64,000 nt of DNA, from IMG/VR virus record IMGVR_UViG_3300027833_000028, positions 1 through 64,000 of that record; one strand, written 5' to 3'. The notes under the pieces were generated by a model. That model was not told where the DNA came from. It searched no databases and saw only the letters and a program-made list of their open reading frames with translations. The position numbers and the translations under genes are program-made. Positions 9,851-17,819 of the stretch are shown here, in pieces; the first letter of the stretch is position 1; each line of letters begins with the position of its first letter. This DNA is from a virus.

Positions 9851-11170
9851 ATGAGTACAACAACACAAACACAACCTGTGAAAAGTAACGTAGCACAAAA
9901 TGTAGAAGTTAATTTGGATGAAATATTCAATGCTGCCCCAAGCGGTGCTGATATGATTCAAGATGACAAACAACCTAAGAATATCTTTTCTGGATTACAA
10001 GAGAAAGCAGATATGTCTTTTGCTGATCCTGATAAAGATGATGCAACAGATGTATTAGCTAAGTCAGAAGAAAAAGATGAAGCTACTGAAGAGGTTAAGA
10101 ATGAAGCTACTGAAGAAGTAGTTAAAGAAGGTAAAGAAACTTCAAATGAAAGCGTTGAAGAAATCTTTGGTGAACCTGGACAAGAAGAAACTGAAGAAGA
10201 AGTTCAAACAAAAGAAAAAAGAGGAAGAAAATCTATTAACGGTATATCAGATGTATTTGGTAAGTTGATTAAAGATGACAAGATTGTTCCTTTTGATGAT
10301 GAAAAAGATTTAGAAGATTATTCTGCTAAAGATTGGGAAGAGTTAATTGAAGCTAACTTAGAAGAGAAAGCTAGGCAGGTTAGAAGTGAAACTCCTAAAC
10401 AATTTTTTAACAGCTTACCACAAGAATTACAAATTGCTGCAAGATATGTAGCTGATGGTGGTAAAGATTTAAAAGGATTGTTTACTACTTTAGGTCAAGT
10501 TGAAGAAACTAAAAGTATTGATATCAAATCAGTTACTGGACAAGAAAGAGTAATCACAGAATATTTAAGTGCAACCGGTTATGGAACTGCAGAAGATATT
10601 CAAGAAGAAATAGAAATTTGGAAAGACTTAGGTAAGCTTGAAACTCAAGCAAGTAAGTTCAAACCAAAACTTGATAAGATGCAAGAAAAGGTTGTTGCTC
10701 AAAAACTTGAAGAACAAGATCTTAAAAAGAAACAACAAGAGAACGCATCTCAAGCATACATGAAAAATGTATATGAAACATTAAAAGAAGGACAATTAGG
10801 TGATATAAAAGTAGATAGAAAAACTCAAGCCATGTTATACAATGGTTTAGTACAACCTAATTATCCATCAGTAAGTGGACGTAATACTAATCTATTAGGA
10901 CACTTGCTAGAAAAATATCAATTTGTGGAACCTAATTATGGATTAATCTCAGAAGCTCTGTGGCTCTTACAAGACCCTACAGGATATAAAGCTAAGATTA
11001 TGGATAAGGGTGCACAAAAAAGTGTTGAGAAGACGGTTAGAAAATTGAAAAGTGAACAATCAAATATTGGTGGTGCATCATTAGGTGTTAATCAAGCAGA
11101 AAAAGAATCTGCAAAGAAAAGTTCAAAAAGAAAAATTCAAAGACCAAACAACATATTTAAAAGAATTTAA
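9851..11170 (+). CDS. Putative capsid scaffolding/assembly protein
   Basis: Very acidic N-terminal half and helical C-terminal half, lying between portal and MCP. Confidence 0.55.
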   Translation: MSTTTQTQPVKSNVAQNVEVNLDEIFNAAPSGADMIQDDKQPKNIFSGLQEKADMSFADPDKDDATDVLAKSEEKDEATEEVKNEATEEVVKEGKETSNESVEEIFGEPGQEETEEEVQTKEKRGRKSINGISDVFGKLIKDDKIVPFDDEKDLEDYSAKDWEELIEANLEEKARQVRSETPKQFFNSLPQELQIAARYVADGGKDLKGLFTTLGQVEETKSIDIKSVTGQERVITEYLSATGYGTAEDIQEEIEIWKDLGKLETQASKFKPKLDKMQEKVVAQKLEEQDLKKKQQENASQAYMKNVYETLKEGQLGDIKVDRKTQAMLYNGLVQPNYPSVSGRNTNLLGHLLEKYQFVEPNYGLISEALWLLQDPTGYKAKIMDKGAQKSVEKTVRKLKSEQSNIGGASLGVNQAEKESAKKSSKRKIQRPNNIFKRI

Positions 11171-11232
11171 TTAAGTAAATTAAATATAAACAGAGTAAAA
11201 CAATTATTAACAATTAAAAACAATCAAAAATT

Positions 11233-12852
11233 ATGGCAACTCCAGTTTTAAATAATGGGATTTTCCTACGTGATACAAGCTACAAAGCTAGTTCTCATGT
11301 TGATTCTTATCACCTTACCCAAATGCTTGGTAACCCTGAGCCTATGGATATGGGACCAATTGATCTATGGGCTATGACCCAAAAGGTAGAAATGCCTTTG
11401 TATCAAATGGCTTCATTCGGTGGAAAGAATACAATCATGGTGGATAACGCTAGAGGTGAGTACAAGTGGCAAACTCCTATTGCACAAGATCTTCCCTACA
11501 TAGTAGCGGATATTGAACCAGGCTCCTCCACTAAAGGTGTAGATGGAACAACATTTAAGATCAAAATTAACAAAAGAACTTTTGGACACGGTGACATTAT
11601 TACTTATGATAAGTATAATGGACTTGAACTTTACATCACAGCTGATGATATTATCCCAGCAGGTGACGGTTATGTTTATACTGTTCAATTAGTTAACAAC
11701 AACAATGCGGCTATCTTGGATAACAAGTATTTAGCTAAAGGTACAAAGTTCTTCAGAAAAGGTTCTGCAAGAGGTGAGTACGGAGAAAGATTCTCTGACA
11801 TTGAAACAGGTTCTGGTTTCCGTGAATTTTACAATTTTGTAGGAGGAGCAGAAGCACATGTACACTATTCAATTTCTTCTAGAGCAGACTTAATGATCAA
11901 AGGCGGATTAAACGCTGATGGTACTGTGCCTGTTACTGAAATCTGGAGAAACTTTGACAATGATCCAAACAATCCATCAGTACCAAGTATTGAAGGACTT
12001 GTAGCAACTATGGGTAAAGCTGGTGCTAGAGATGCATTTGAAAATGGAACTCTAACACGTACTTTCATTACAAATATGGAAGCAGCACATTTATCTAAAA
12101 TTGCAACGGATATTGAGACTTACCTAATGTGGGGTAAAGGTGGTAGAATTAAACAAGATGGACCGGATGATATTAGATTATCTGTAGGTTTATGGTCACA
12201 GTTAGATAACTCTTTCAAGAGAGTATATAACAAGTCATCATTTACTCTTGACATGTTTAAGTCTGAACTTTACAACTTCTATCAAGGTAAAGTTGAATTC
12301 AAAGGGCCAGACCCACAAAGATCACTTGTTGTACAAACAGGTATTGGAGGTATGCAACTAATCAACAAAGCAATTGCTGATGAGGTGTATGGTTCAGGTC
12401 TAGTTCAAAATGCATCAGATATTGGAGCTGTTAAAGGCTCAGGTATGGATTTAGATTATGGTTTTGCTTACACAAGCTTTACTATTCCTTTCTTAGCTAA
12501 CGTTAAGTTTGTATTGAATCCAGCATTTGATAACTTAAACACAAATGATATTGAGAATCCATTGATTGATGGAAGACCTCTAAGTTCATTTAGCTTTATT
12601 ATCTTTGATGTGACTGACGAAGGAAATGACAACATTCACTTGTTGAAACTTTCTTGGGATAATCAACTCAAGTGGTTCTACCAAAATGGTACTATGGACT
12701 ACATGGGAAGAACTCAAGGGTTTGCTTCTACTGGTCAATTCAATGGATATAGAGTTTATATGACTCAGACTATGCCAGCTATTTGGGTTAAGGATCCAAC
12801 CAAAGTTCTTAAAATTGTAATGAGAAACCCTGTAACAGGAGGATCATTCTAG
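11233..12852 (+). CDS. Major capsid protein
   Basis: 539 aa. EYKWQ, IETYLMWGKG...GLWSQL and ..IWVKDPTK match my recollection of crAss-like HK97-fold MCPs. Frequent C-ending codons (AAC, TTC, TAC) suggest high expression. Followed by a terminator. Confidence 0.88.
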   Translation: MATPVLNNGIFLRDTSYKASSHVDSYHLTQMLGNPEPMDMGPIDLWAMTQKVEMPLYQMASFGGKNTIMVDNARGEYKWQTPIAQDLPYIVADIEPGSSTKGVDGTTFKIKINKRTFGHGDIITYDKYNGLELYITADDIIPAGDGYVYTVQLVNNNNAAILDNKYLAKGTKFFRKGSARGEYGERFSDIETGSGFREFYNFVGGAEAHVHYSISSRADLMIKGGLNADGTVPVTEIWRNFDNDPNNPSVPSIEGLVATMGKAGARDAFENGTLTRTFITNMEAAHLSKIATDIETYLMWGKGGRIKQDGPDDIRLSVGLWSQLDNSFKRVYNKSSFTLDMFKSELYNFYQGKVEFKGPDPQRSLVVQTGIGGMQLINKAIADEVYGSGLVQNASDIGAVKGSGMDLDYGFAYTSFTIPFLANVKFVLNPAFDNLNTNDIENPLIDGRPLSSFSFIIFDVTDEGNDNIHLLKLSWDNQLKWFYQNGTMDYMGRTQGFASTGQFNGYRVYMTQTMPAIWVKDPTKVLKIVMRNPVTGGSF

Positions 12853-12863
12853 GAACTATAATT

Positions 12864-12900
12864 AAAGGGGAGGGGCTAATACCTCCTCCCTTTTTATTTT
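12864..12900 (+). terminator. Rho-independent terminator after the MCP gene
   Basis: GGGAGG/CCTCCC stem followed by TTTTTATTTT. Confidence 0.8.
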
Positions 12901-12921
12901 TAACTAATAAATATAACAATC

Positions 12922-13164
12922 ATGGCAGCACCAAAACAAATAACTAAGTTGAAGCAACAATTTGAGAGCCCGGCTTATGAAGGTGTATCAAGAGCAGCAA
13001 CAGGAAACGCAAGATTACTTCATGTAAATGAGGTTATTTCTTGGATACGTGATGTAGCTGTTTCTTCTTCTTATGCAGACAATGCAGCAGCAATTGCAGC
13101 AGGTCTTAAACTAGGAGATATATATCATACAGGCGGAGCACTAAAAATTGTTATTGCAGAATAG
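12922..13164 (+). CDS. Small virion protein (head fibre/decoration-like)
   Basis: YADNAAAIAAGLKLGDIYHT motif; immediately downstream of MCP. Confidence 0.55.
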   Translation: MAAPKQITKLKQQFESPAYEGVSRAATGNARLLHVNEVISWIRDVAVSSSYADNAAAIAAGLKLGDIYHTGGALKIVIAE

Positions 13165-13247
13165 TCAAATACTTTAGCAAGGATAAAACCTTGCTTTAGA
13201 AATATTAGTAATAATAGAAGCGTATACTACGGTATACAATTTGACTA
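13162..13247 (+). ncRNA. Candidate four-way-junction structured RNA
   Basis: P1 TAGTCAAAT/ATTTGACTA (9 bp), P2 AGCAAGG/CCTTGCT, P3 TATTA-GTAA-TAATA (GNRA loop), P4 GTATAC-TACG-GTATAC (cUNCGg loop). Confidence 0.6.
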
Positions 13248-13280
13248 GAGTAATAATTATTAATTTTTAAAAACCAAAAA

Positions 13281-14300
13281 ATGGAAGATTACACAATTGT
13301 TGAAAAGTATCAACAGACAAAAAAGACTAGCACTATTGCTATAAGACCTTATTTTAATCCTAACAAGGAAAATATGGGTTTAGAAACTTACGGACTTTCT
13401 CTACATGATGGAGTATTTCATGAGGAATCACTTGCATGTTTAGAAATGAATGGAGTGAAGAGGTATATAACTGGATTAAATGAATTTGATCCAAAAGTTA
13501 AAATGTTACCTGCTAAAGAAAAAAAGGTAAAGATTGCAGAAATCAGAAAAGTAGTTTCAGAGCTTGAAGCTGAATTAGCTGCTAATGTAGTTGACCCAGG
13601 AGATAAAGATTTTTGGAACAAATTGACTGTGATGAAACCAGATAACTCTAAGTTTTGGGATAAGATTAGTTTAAGATGTGGTAATGATCCGGTATTTTTA
13701 GATGGTGAGGTAGATCCTTATGATAGAATTAAACTTCATGCAATTAAAGCAGGTGGATTTTCTATTGTTGCTGCTTCATTAAAGGATGCAAAGCAATCAC
13801 AGAATAACCCAAAGTTTTATTTAGATACTGTTGAAGAAACTCTTACAACAAGAACTGAATTAACTAAATTAAAAAATAAAGCATTATCAGCATTGCAGAA
13901 TTTATATGATAGCAACCCTACAAAATTAATGTATGTTTCAAAAGTAGCTGATGTAGATAGTGTACAATATACTAAGAATACACCTAATGATATTATGTAT
14001 GAAAACATGGATACATATATTAATGGGCATGGTGCAGAATCAAATAAGAAAAGAGCTGCCAGCCAATTTTTAGATGTTTCTAAATTAGGAATGGAAGAAT
14101 TGAAATTAAGAGCATTGATTAAAGATGGTCTTTATTATAGATTTATAACAACAAAAGCAGGTGGTTGGATTGAGCCAATTGACAGTGGTATCAGAATGGG
14201 TAAAAGACCTTCAGAAGTATTAGAGTTTTTGTTAAAACCTGATAATGAAGAACAACTTCTTTCTTTGTTGGATAAGGTTGAACCATATTGGAATTCATAA
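13281..14300 (+). CDS. Conserved capsid-module protein of unknown function
   Basis: 339-aa ORF in the post-MCP position that is conserved in crAss-like phages (synteny inference). Confidence 0.6.
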   Translation: MEDYTIVEKYQQTKKTSTIAIRPYFNPNKENMGLETYGLSLHDGVFHEESLACLEMNGVKRYITGLNEFDPKVKMLPAKEKKVKIAEIRKVVSELEAELAANVVDPGDKDFWNKLTVMKPDNSKFWDKISLRCGNDPVFLDGEVDPYDRIKLHAIKAGGFSIVAASLKDAKQSQNNPKFYLDTVEETLTTRTELTKLKNKALSALQNLYDSNPTKLMYVSKVADVDSVQYTKNTPNDIMYENMDTYINGHGAESNKKRAASQFLDVSKLGMEELKLRALIKDGLYYRFITTKAGGWIEPIDSGIRMGKRPSEVLEFLLKPDNEEQLLSLLDKVEPYWNS

Positions 14301-14312
14301 ATATAATTAATA

Positions 14313-15017
14313 ATGGAAAATAGTACACTCTTACTTAAACTTAAACAAAGGCTTAACAAGCTTGATAGTCAGGATTATGATAATATTGAATGTTGGCAAT
14401 TTGTGGAAGCTTTTAATAAAGCACAAATAGAGTGGTGTAGAAGAAATTTACACGGGGGTAATATGTATAAGGAAGGTGATGAACTATCTAAAAAAAGAAT
14501 AGATGATTTACAACCATTACTTAGAGAATTAACTCTTACTGGTACTGAGACAGATAATTATTTTGAAACAGATAATTTTCCAGTTGATACATATTTAGAA
14601 TTTAAACGTGTCACTACAGAAGCAAAAGATGATTGTTGTACACCAAGGTCAATGACTGTATATTTAGCTGAAGAAGCAAATGTATCTTTGTTATTGAGAG
14701 ATCCATTGAAGAATCCGGATTTTGACTGGGGTGAAACATTTTGTACAATGCTAGGAAATACAATAAGAATATATAGGAATAGCAATTTTAATATTGTTAA
14801 TCCTATATTAACTTATTATCAAAAACCTACACTAATTCAAGTTCAAGGTTGTGTTGATCCTTATACAGGTGACTTAAGTTTAGTAAATGTAAATTGTGAA
14901 TTTAAAGATGATTTAGTAGAAGTTATGTTAGACGATACTGCTGCATTAATTGCAGGTGATATTGAAAACATATATCAATCTCAAAGAGGTACACAAGCTG
15001 CAGAAAGAAACAATTAA
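14313..15017 (+). CDS. Putative head-tail ring/adaptor protein
   Basis: 234 aa. N-terminal LNKLDS...AFNKAQ helices, C-terminal YYQKP...CEF; fits synteny. Confidence 0.6.
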   Translation: MENSTLLLKLKQRLNKLDSQDYDNIECWQFVEAFNKAQIEWCRRNLHGGNMYKEGDELSKKRIDDLQPLLRELTLTGTETDNYFETDNFPVDTYLEFKRVTTEAKDDCCTPRSMTVYLAEEANVSLLLRDPLKNPDFDWGETFCTMLGNTIRIYRNSNFNIVNPILTYYQKPTLIQVQGCVDPYTGDLSLVNVNCEFKDDLVEVMLDDTAALIAGDIENIYQSQRGTQAAERNN

Positions 15018-15037
15018 TATATGATTTTACACAAAAA

Positions 15038-15050
15038 TTGTGTATATTAT
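15038..15050 (+). promoter_or_regulatory. Recurrent promoter-like motif (TTGTGTATATTAT)
   Basis: Intergenic copy of the motif also seen at 16439, 28145, 32394 and 45301. Confidence 0.55.
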
Positions 15051-15143
15051 TATAGTAACACAGAAGTTACGAGCAGAGTAAACTGTTAAAATCATTTATA
15101 TATAACCAGTGAGGGTAATGGTCTTCACACAAAATTAATAATT

Positions 15144-16364
15144 ATGGCTTATTTTAATCATGCGTTTAACAAGACGTTTATTGCAAATAGCACGCTGGAA
15201 ACAGCTGATACTGCAACAAGCGCACTTACCGCTGGTCAAGTAGCTTTAGTAAGTGATGCAACTTGGGCATCTGTAGCAATACCGGGAGCACCTGCAAAGG
15301 GAGCACTTGGCTACATTGTACAAGGTTCATTCTATACTAAAGATACTATTGGAAACAATCCAGGACACGGTGGGTATCAAGAATCTGTAAAATCTAAAGG
15401 GATTAACCCAAGATATATTACAAGATTATGGAGTGCAACATGTCAGTCTGCTGTACAAGCTACAGCTAGCTTATCTTTAGCATCTGATTGTGCACCATGT
15501 GGTAAAACACAATTTATGAGAATTGACGTGAAGGGATCTCCTGCACTAAGATTCTTAAACCACAATGCATATGCTATTGGTGATTCTGCCAATGTATGTT
15601 GTATTGAAGGACAAGAGTTTATTGATCCAGCAGTAGTTGCTGCAACAATGGCTCAGATGGTTCTTGGAGATCCACTAATCAAGCCTTTTGTAGCTGAGAA
15701 AAATGGTGGTGGTGTAGATGTAACAGTAACTACAGGTGGTGTAGGTACAACAAGTACTTATACAATTGCTGAAGTATTAGACGGAACATATACTCCTTCT
15801 ACTGATCCTAATGGAGTAGATAAAGTATCTGTAAAAGTAAACTTTGTTGGAGCTTATGTAGATACTGTATTTGGAAATTGTTCTTTTGACACAAGAGATC
15901 ACTTTAATGCTGAGCCAGTAGAAATCATTACTTCATTGTTAGATGAAACTGGTAATCCATGTAATGACTGTGGTGTATCTGAAAGAACTCCAGGACAAAT
16001 GCAACAGACTCAAGGTGAAGAAGTAATTAGAGATTTAATTATGTCTGAAAGATACCGTCAGTCTCCTTATAACCAAGGAAATGCTGATAGTGCAAGATTC
16101 AGAGAAATTGAAATGTCTGATGAATTACTTTCTGCTGTTGATAGAAGTGCAACTTACAAAGCATATTACGTACAACATTCTGTACCAAGATTTAACAATC
16201 CATCTGGAGTGTTTGATAATGATCAGTATGTATACAAGATTTTTGTAAAATGTTCTGATGCCGCTGCTCAATTAGAAGCAGAAGTTTTAATGGATGCTTT
16301 AGCAACCTGGGCTGATGGAACAGGAAACTATGTACCATTTGAAAAAGATATAGACGCAATTTAA
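15144..16364 (+). CDS. Abundant structural protein (auxiliary capsid protein-like)
   Basis: 406 aa with its own promoter-like motif and terminator, consistent with high copy number. Identity inferred from synteny. Confidence 0.6.
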   Translation: MAYFNHAFNKTFIANSTLETADTATSALTAGQVALVSDATWASVAIPGAPAKGALGYIVQGSFYTKDTIGNNPGHGGYQESVKSKGINPRYITRLWSATCQSAVQATASLSLASDCAPCGKTQFMRIDVKGSPALRFLNHNAYAIGDSANVCCIEGQEFIDPAVVAATMAQMVLGDPLIKPFVAEKNGGGVDVTVTTGGVGTTSTYTIAEVLDGTYTPSTDPNGVDKVSVKVNFVGAYVDTVFGNCSFDTRDHFNAEPVEIITSLLDETGNPCNDCGVSERTPGQMQQTQGEEVIRDLIMSERYRQSPYNQGNADSARFREIEMSDELLSAVDRSATYKAYYVQHSVPRFNNPSGVFDNDQYVYKIFVKCSDAAAQLEAEVLMDALATWADGTGNYVPFEKDIDAI

Positions 16365-16387
16365 AAAAGCAACTATATTTAAATAAT

Positions 16388-16422
16388 AGAGCAGGGGAGA
16401 AATCTCCTGCTCTTTTTATTTT
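16388..16422 (+). terminator. Rho-independent terminator
   Basis: AGAGCAGGGGA-GAAA-TCTCCTGCTCT followed by a T tract. Confidence 0.9.
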
Positions 16423-16438
16423 ATATTGTCTGTTATTT

Positions 16439-16450
16439 TTTGTATATTAT
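16439..16450 (+). promoter_or_regulatory. Recurrent promoter-like motif TTTGTATATTAT
   Basis: Just after a terminator and 27 nt before ATG 16478. Confidence 0.6.
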
Positions 16451-16477
16451 CTATATAGTCTAATAAAGTACTAAAAC

Positions 16478-17053
16478 ATGGCAAGCAAACATATATTAAG
16501 TTTAGAAATACCTACAGTATCAAACTGTGATTTACTGTGTATTAAAGATACAAGTCAATACAGTTCAGAGCTTGCTGTGGATTGTGAAGAACTATTAATT
16601 ACACTACCTGGATTTAGTGTACCAGTACTTATAAAAGTAGATAAAGAATTTGACATGTGTTTGACTGCATGTACATTAGCATTACAAACATTAAATTGTG
16701 GTACATCTCAGGATAAAATCCCTGACGGAATATACATTGTTAAATATAGTGTCTCACCTAACTCTAAAGTTTATGTAGAATATAACCATTTAAGAGTAAC
16801 TAGATTGCTTACAACATACTATGAAGTGTTATGTGATTTAGAAGTACAAGCATGTCAACCAGATTCTGATAAACAAGAATTGTTATCAGAGATGAGTTTT
16901 ATAAAAACTTTAATAGATGCAGCAGTAGCTAATGTAGAATATTGTCAATCTGCCGTACAAGGAATGCAACTATATAATTATGCTAAAAGTAGATTAAACA
17001 AAATTGCTTGTCCTTCAGGAAACTGTGGATCAAGCTCAACATATTTAACATAA
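16478..17053 (+). CDS. Cys-rich structural protein (tail hub/collar-like)
   Basis: IKDTSQY and IPDGIYIVKYSV motifs; precedes the fibre genes. Confidence 0.55.
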   Translation: MASKHILSLEIPTVSNCDLLCIKDTSQYSSELAVDCEELLITLPGFSVPVLIKVDKEFDMCLTACTLALQTLNCGTSQDKIPDGIYIVKYSVSPNSKVYVEYNHLRVTRLLTTYYEVLCDLEVQACQPDSDKQELLSEMSFIKTLIDAAVANVEYCQSAVQGMQLYNYAKSRLNKIACPSGNCGSSSTYLT

Positions 17054-17063
17054 ACCAAACAAT

Positions 17064-17243
17064 ATGTCAAACTGTGCACACTGTAATAAAAGATTTACCT
17101 GCGGATGTCAAAAAGCTTCATTAGGTAATGGAGTTATTGTATGTAAACAATGTAAAACAAAAGCTGAAGCAGATGTATCTACCTCAAGTAATTTGAATAG
17201 AGAATTGGCTAGGCAACAGATACAAGATTTAAGAAATAAATAA
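17064..17243 (+). CDS. 59-aa Cys-rich protein (CxxC...CGC...CxxC)
   Basis: ATG 17064 to TAA 17241-17243 fills the gap: MSNCAHCNKRFTCGCQK...VCKQCK. Below the ORF-track cutoff. Confidence 0.8.
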   Translation: MSNCAHCNKRFTCGCQKASLGNGVIVCKQCKTKAEADVSTSSNLNRELARQQIQDLRNK

Positions 17244-17244
17244 T

Positions 17245-17787
17245 ATGGCTAAAGCAATAAGATCATATTCTAATGCAGAGCAAGTAAAAGAACAAGCTTT
17301 AATAAAAAGAATTAAAGTAGAACAAACTTTTGCTAAGCAAGTATACGCTAATTTTCAATCTATTAGATTTGGAATAGAAGCATGCTGCTATACAGATATG
17401 GAACAAGCTATACTAAGAAAAGATATATGTGATTGGCAGAATGCCGCAAGTTTTAAAGTTATTGCTGCTACAGAATCACCAGGTGTATTTGTTGAACCAT
17501 TAGCTAAAATAAATTTAAAAGCAAGCATGAGTTGTCCTGAGACACCATCAAGTGTTTGTACAATATTAGATTTAGAAGAGATATTAGAAGATAAAGGGAC
17601 ATACACAGTATGTTTTGAAGAAGCATCTAGTGTATGGACTGTATCACACAATTTAGGTAGTTTTCCATCTGTTACTGTTGTAGATAGCGGTAATACAGTA
17701 GTAGTGGGTAATGTAGATTATATAAGCAGTCAACAATTAGTAATAACATTTAATGCATCATTTTCAGGATGTGTATTTTTAAATTAA
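17245..17787 (+). CDS. Structural protein with a C-terminal fibre-associated beta domain
   Basis: C-terminus WTVSHNLGSFPSVTVVD...ITFNASFSG, a module common in phage fibre-associated proteins. Confidence 0.65.
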   Translation: MAKAIRSYSNAEQVKEQALIKRIKVEQTFAKQVYANFQSIRFGIEACCYTDMEQAILRKDICDWQNAASFKVIAATESPGVFVEPLAKINLKASMSCPETPSSVCTILDLEEILEDKGTYTVCFEEASSVWTVSHNLGSFPSVTVVDSGNTVVVGNVDYISSQQLVITFNASFSGCVFLN

Positions 17788-17819
17788 TAAATAAATAAAT
17801 AATAAATAAATAAAATAAA
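17785..17819 (+). repeat. Imperfect (TAAA)n microsatellite leader
   Basis: TAATAAATAAATAAATAATAAATAAATAAAATAAA fills the whole spacer before ATG 17820. Confidence 0.7.

Noticed and set aside
4771-12852. Introns or inteins in terminase, portal or MCP
   Set aside because: The ORFs are continuous and of expected size, with no intein-terminal HN-[CST] junction or homing endonuclease motif noticed.
13162-13247. tRNA, or hammerhead/twister-type ribozyme
   Set aside because: Cloverleaf-like, but no T-loop GTTCRA, no 7-nt anticodon loop, no CCA and no CUGANGA/GAAA core. Kept as an unknown structured RNA.
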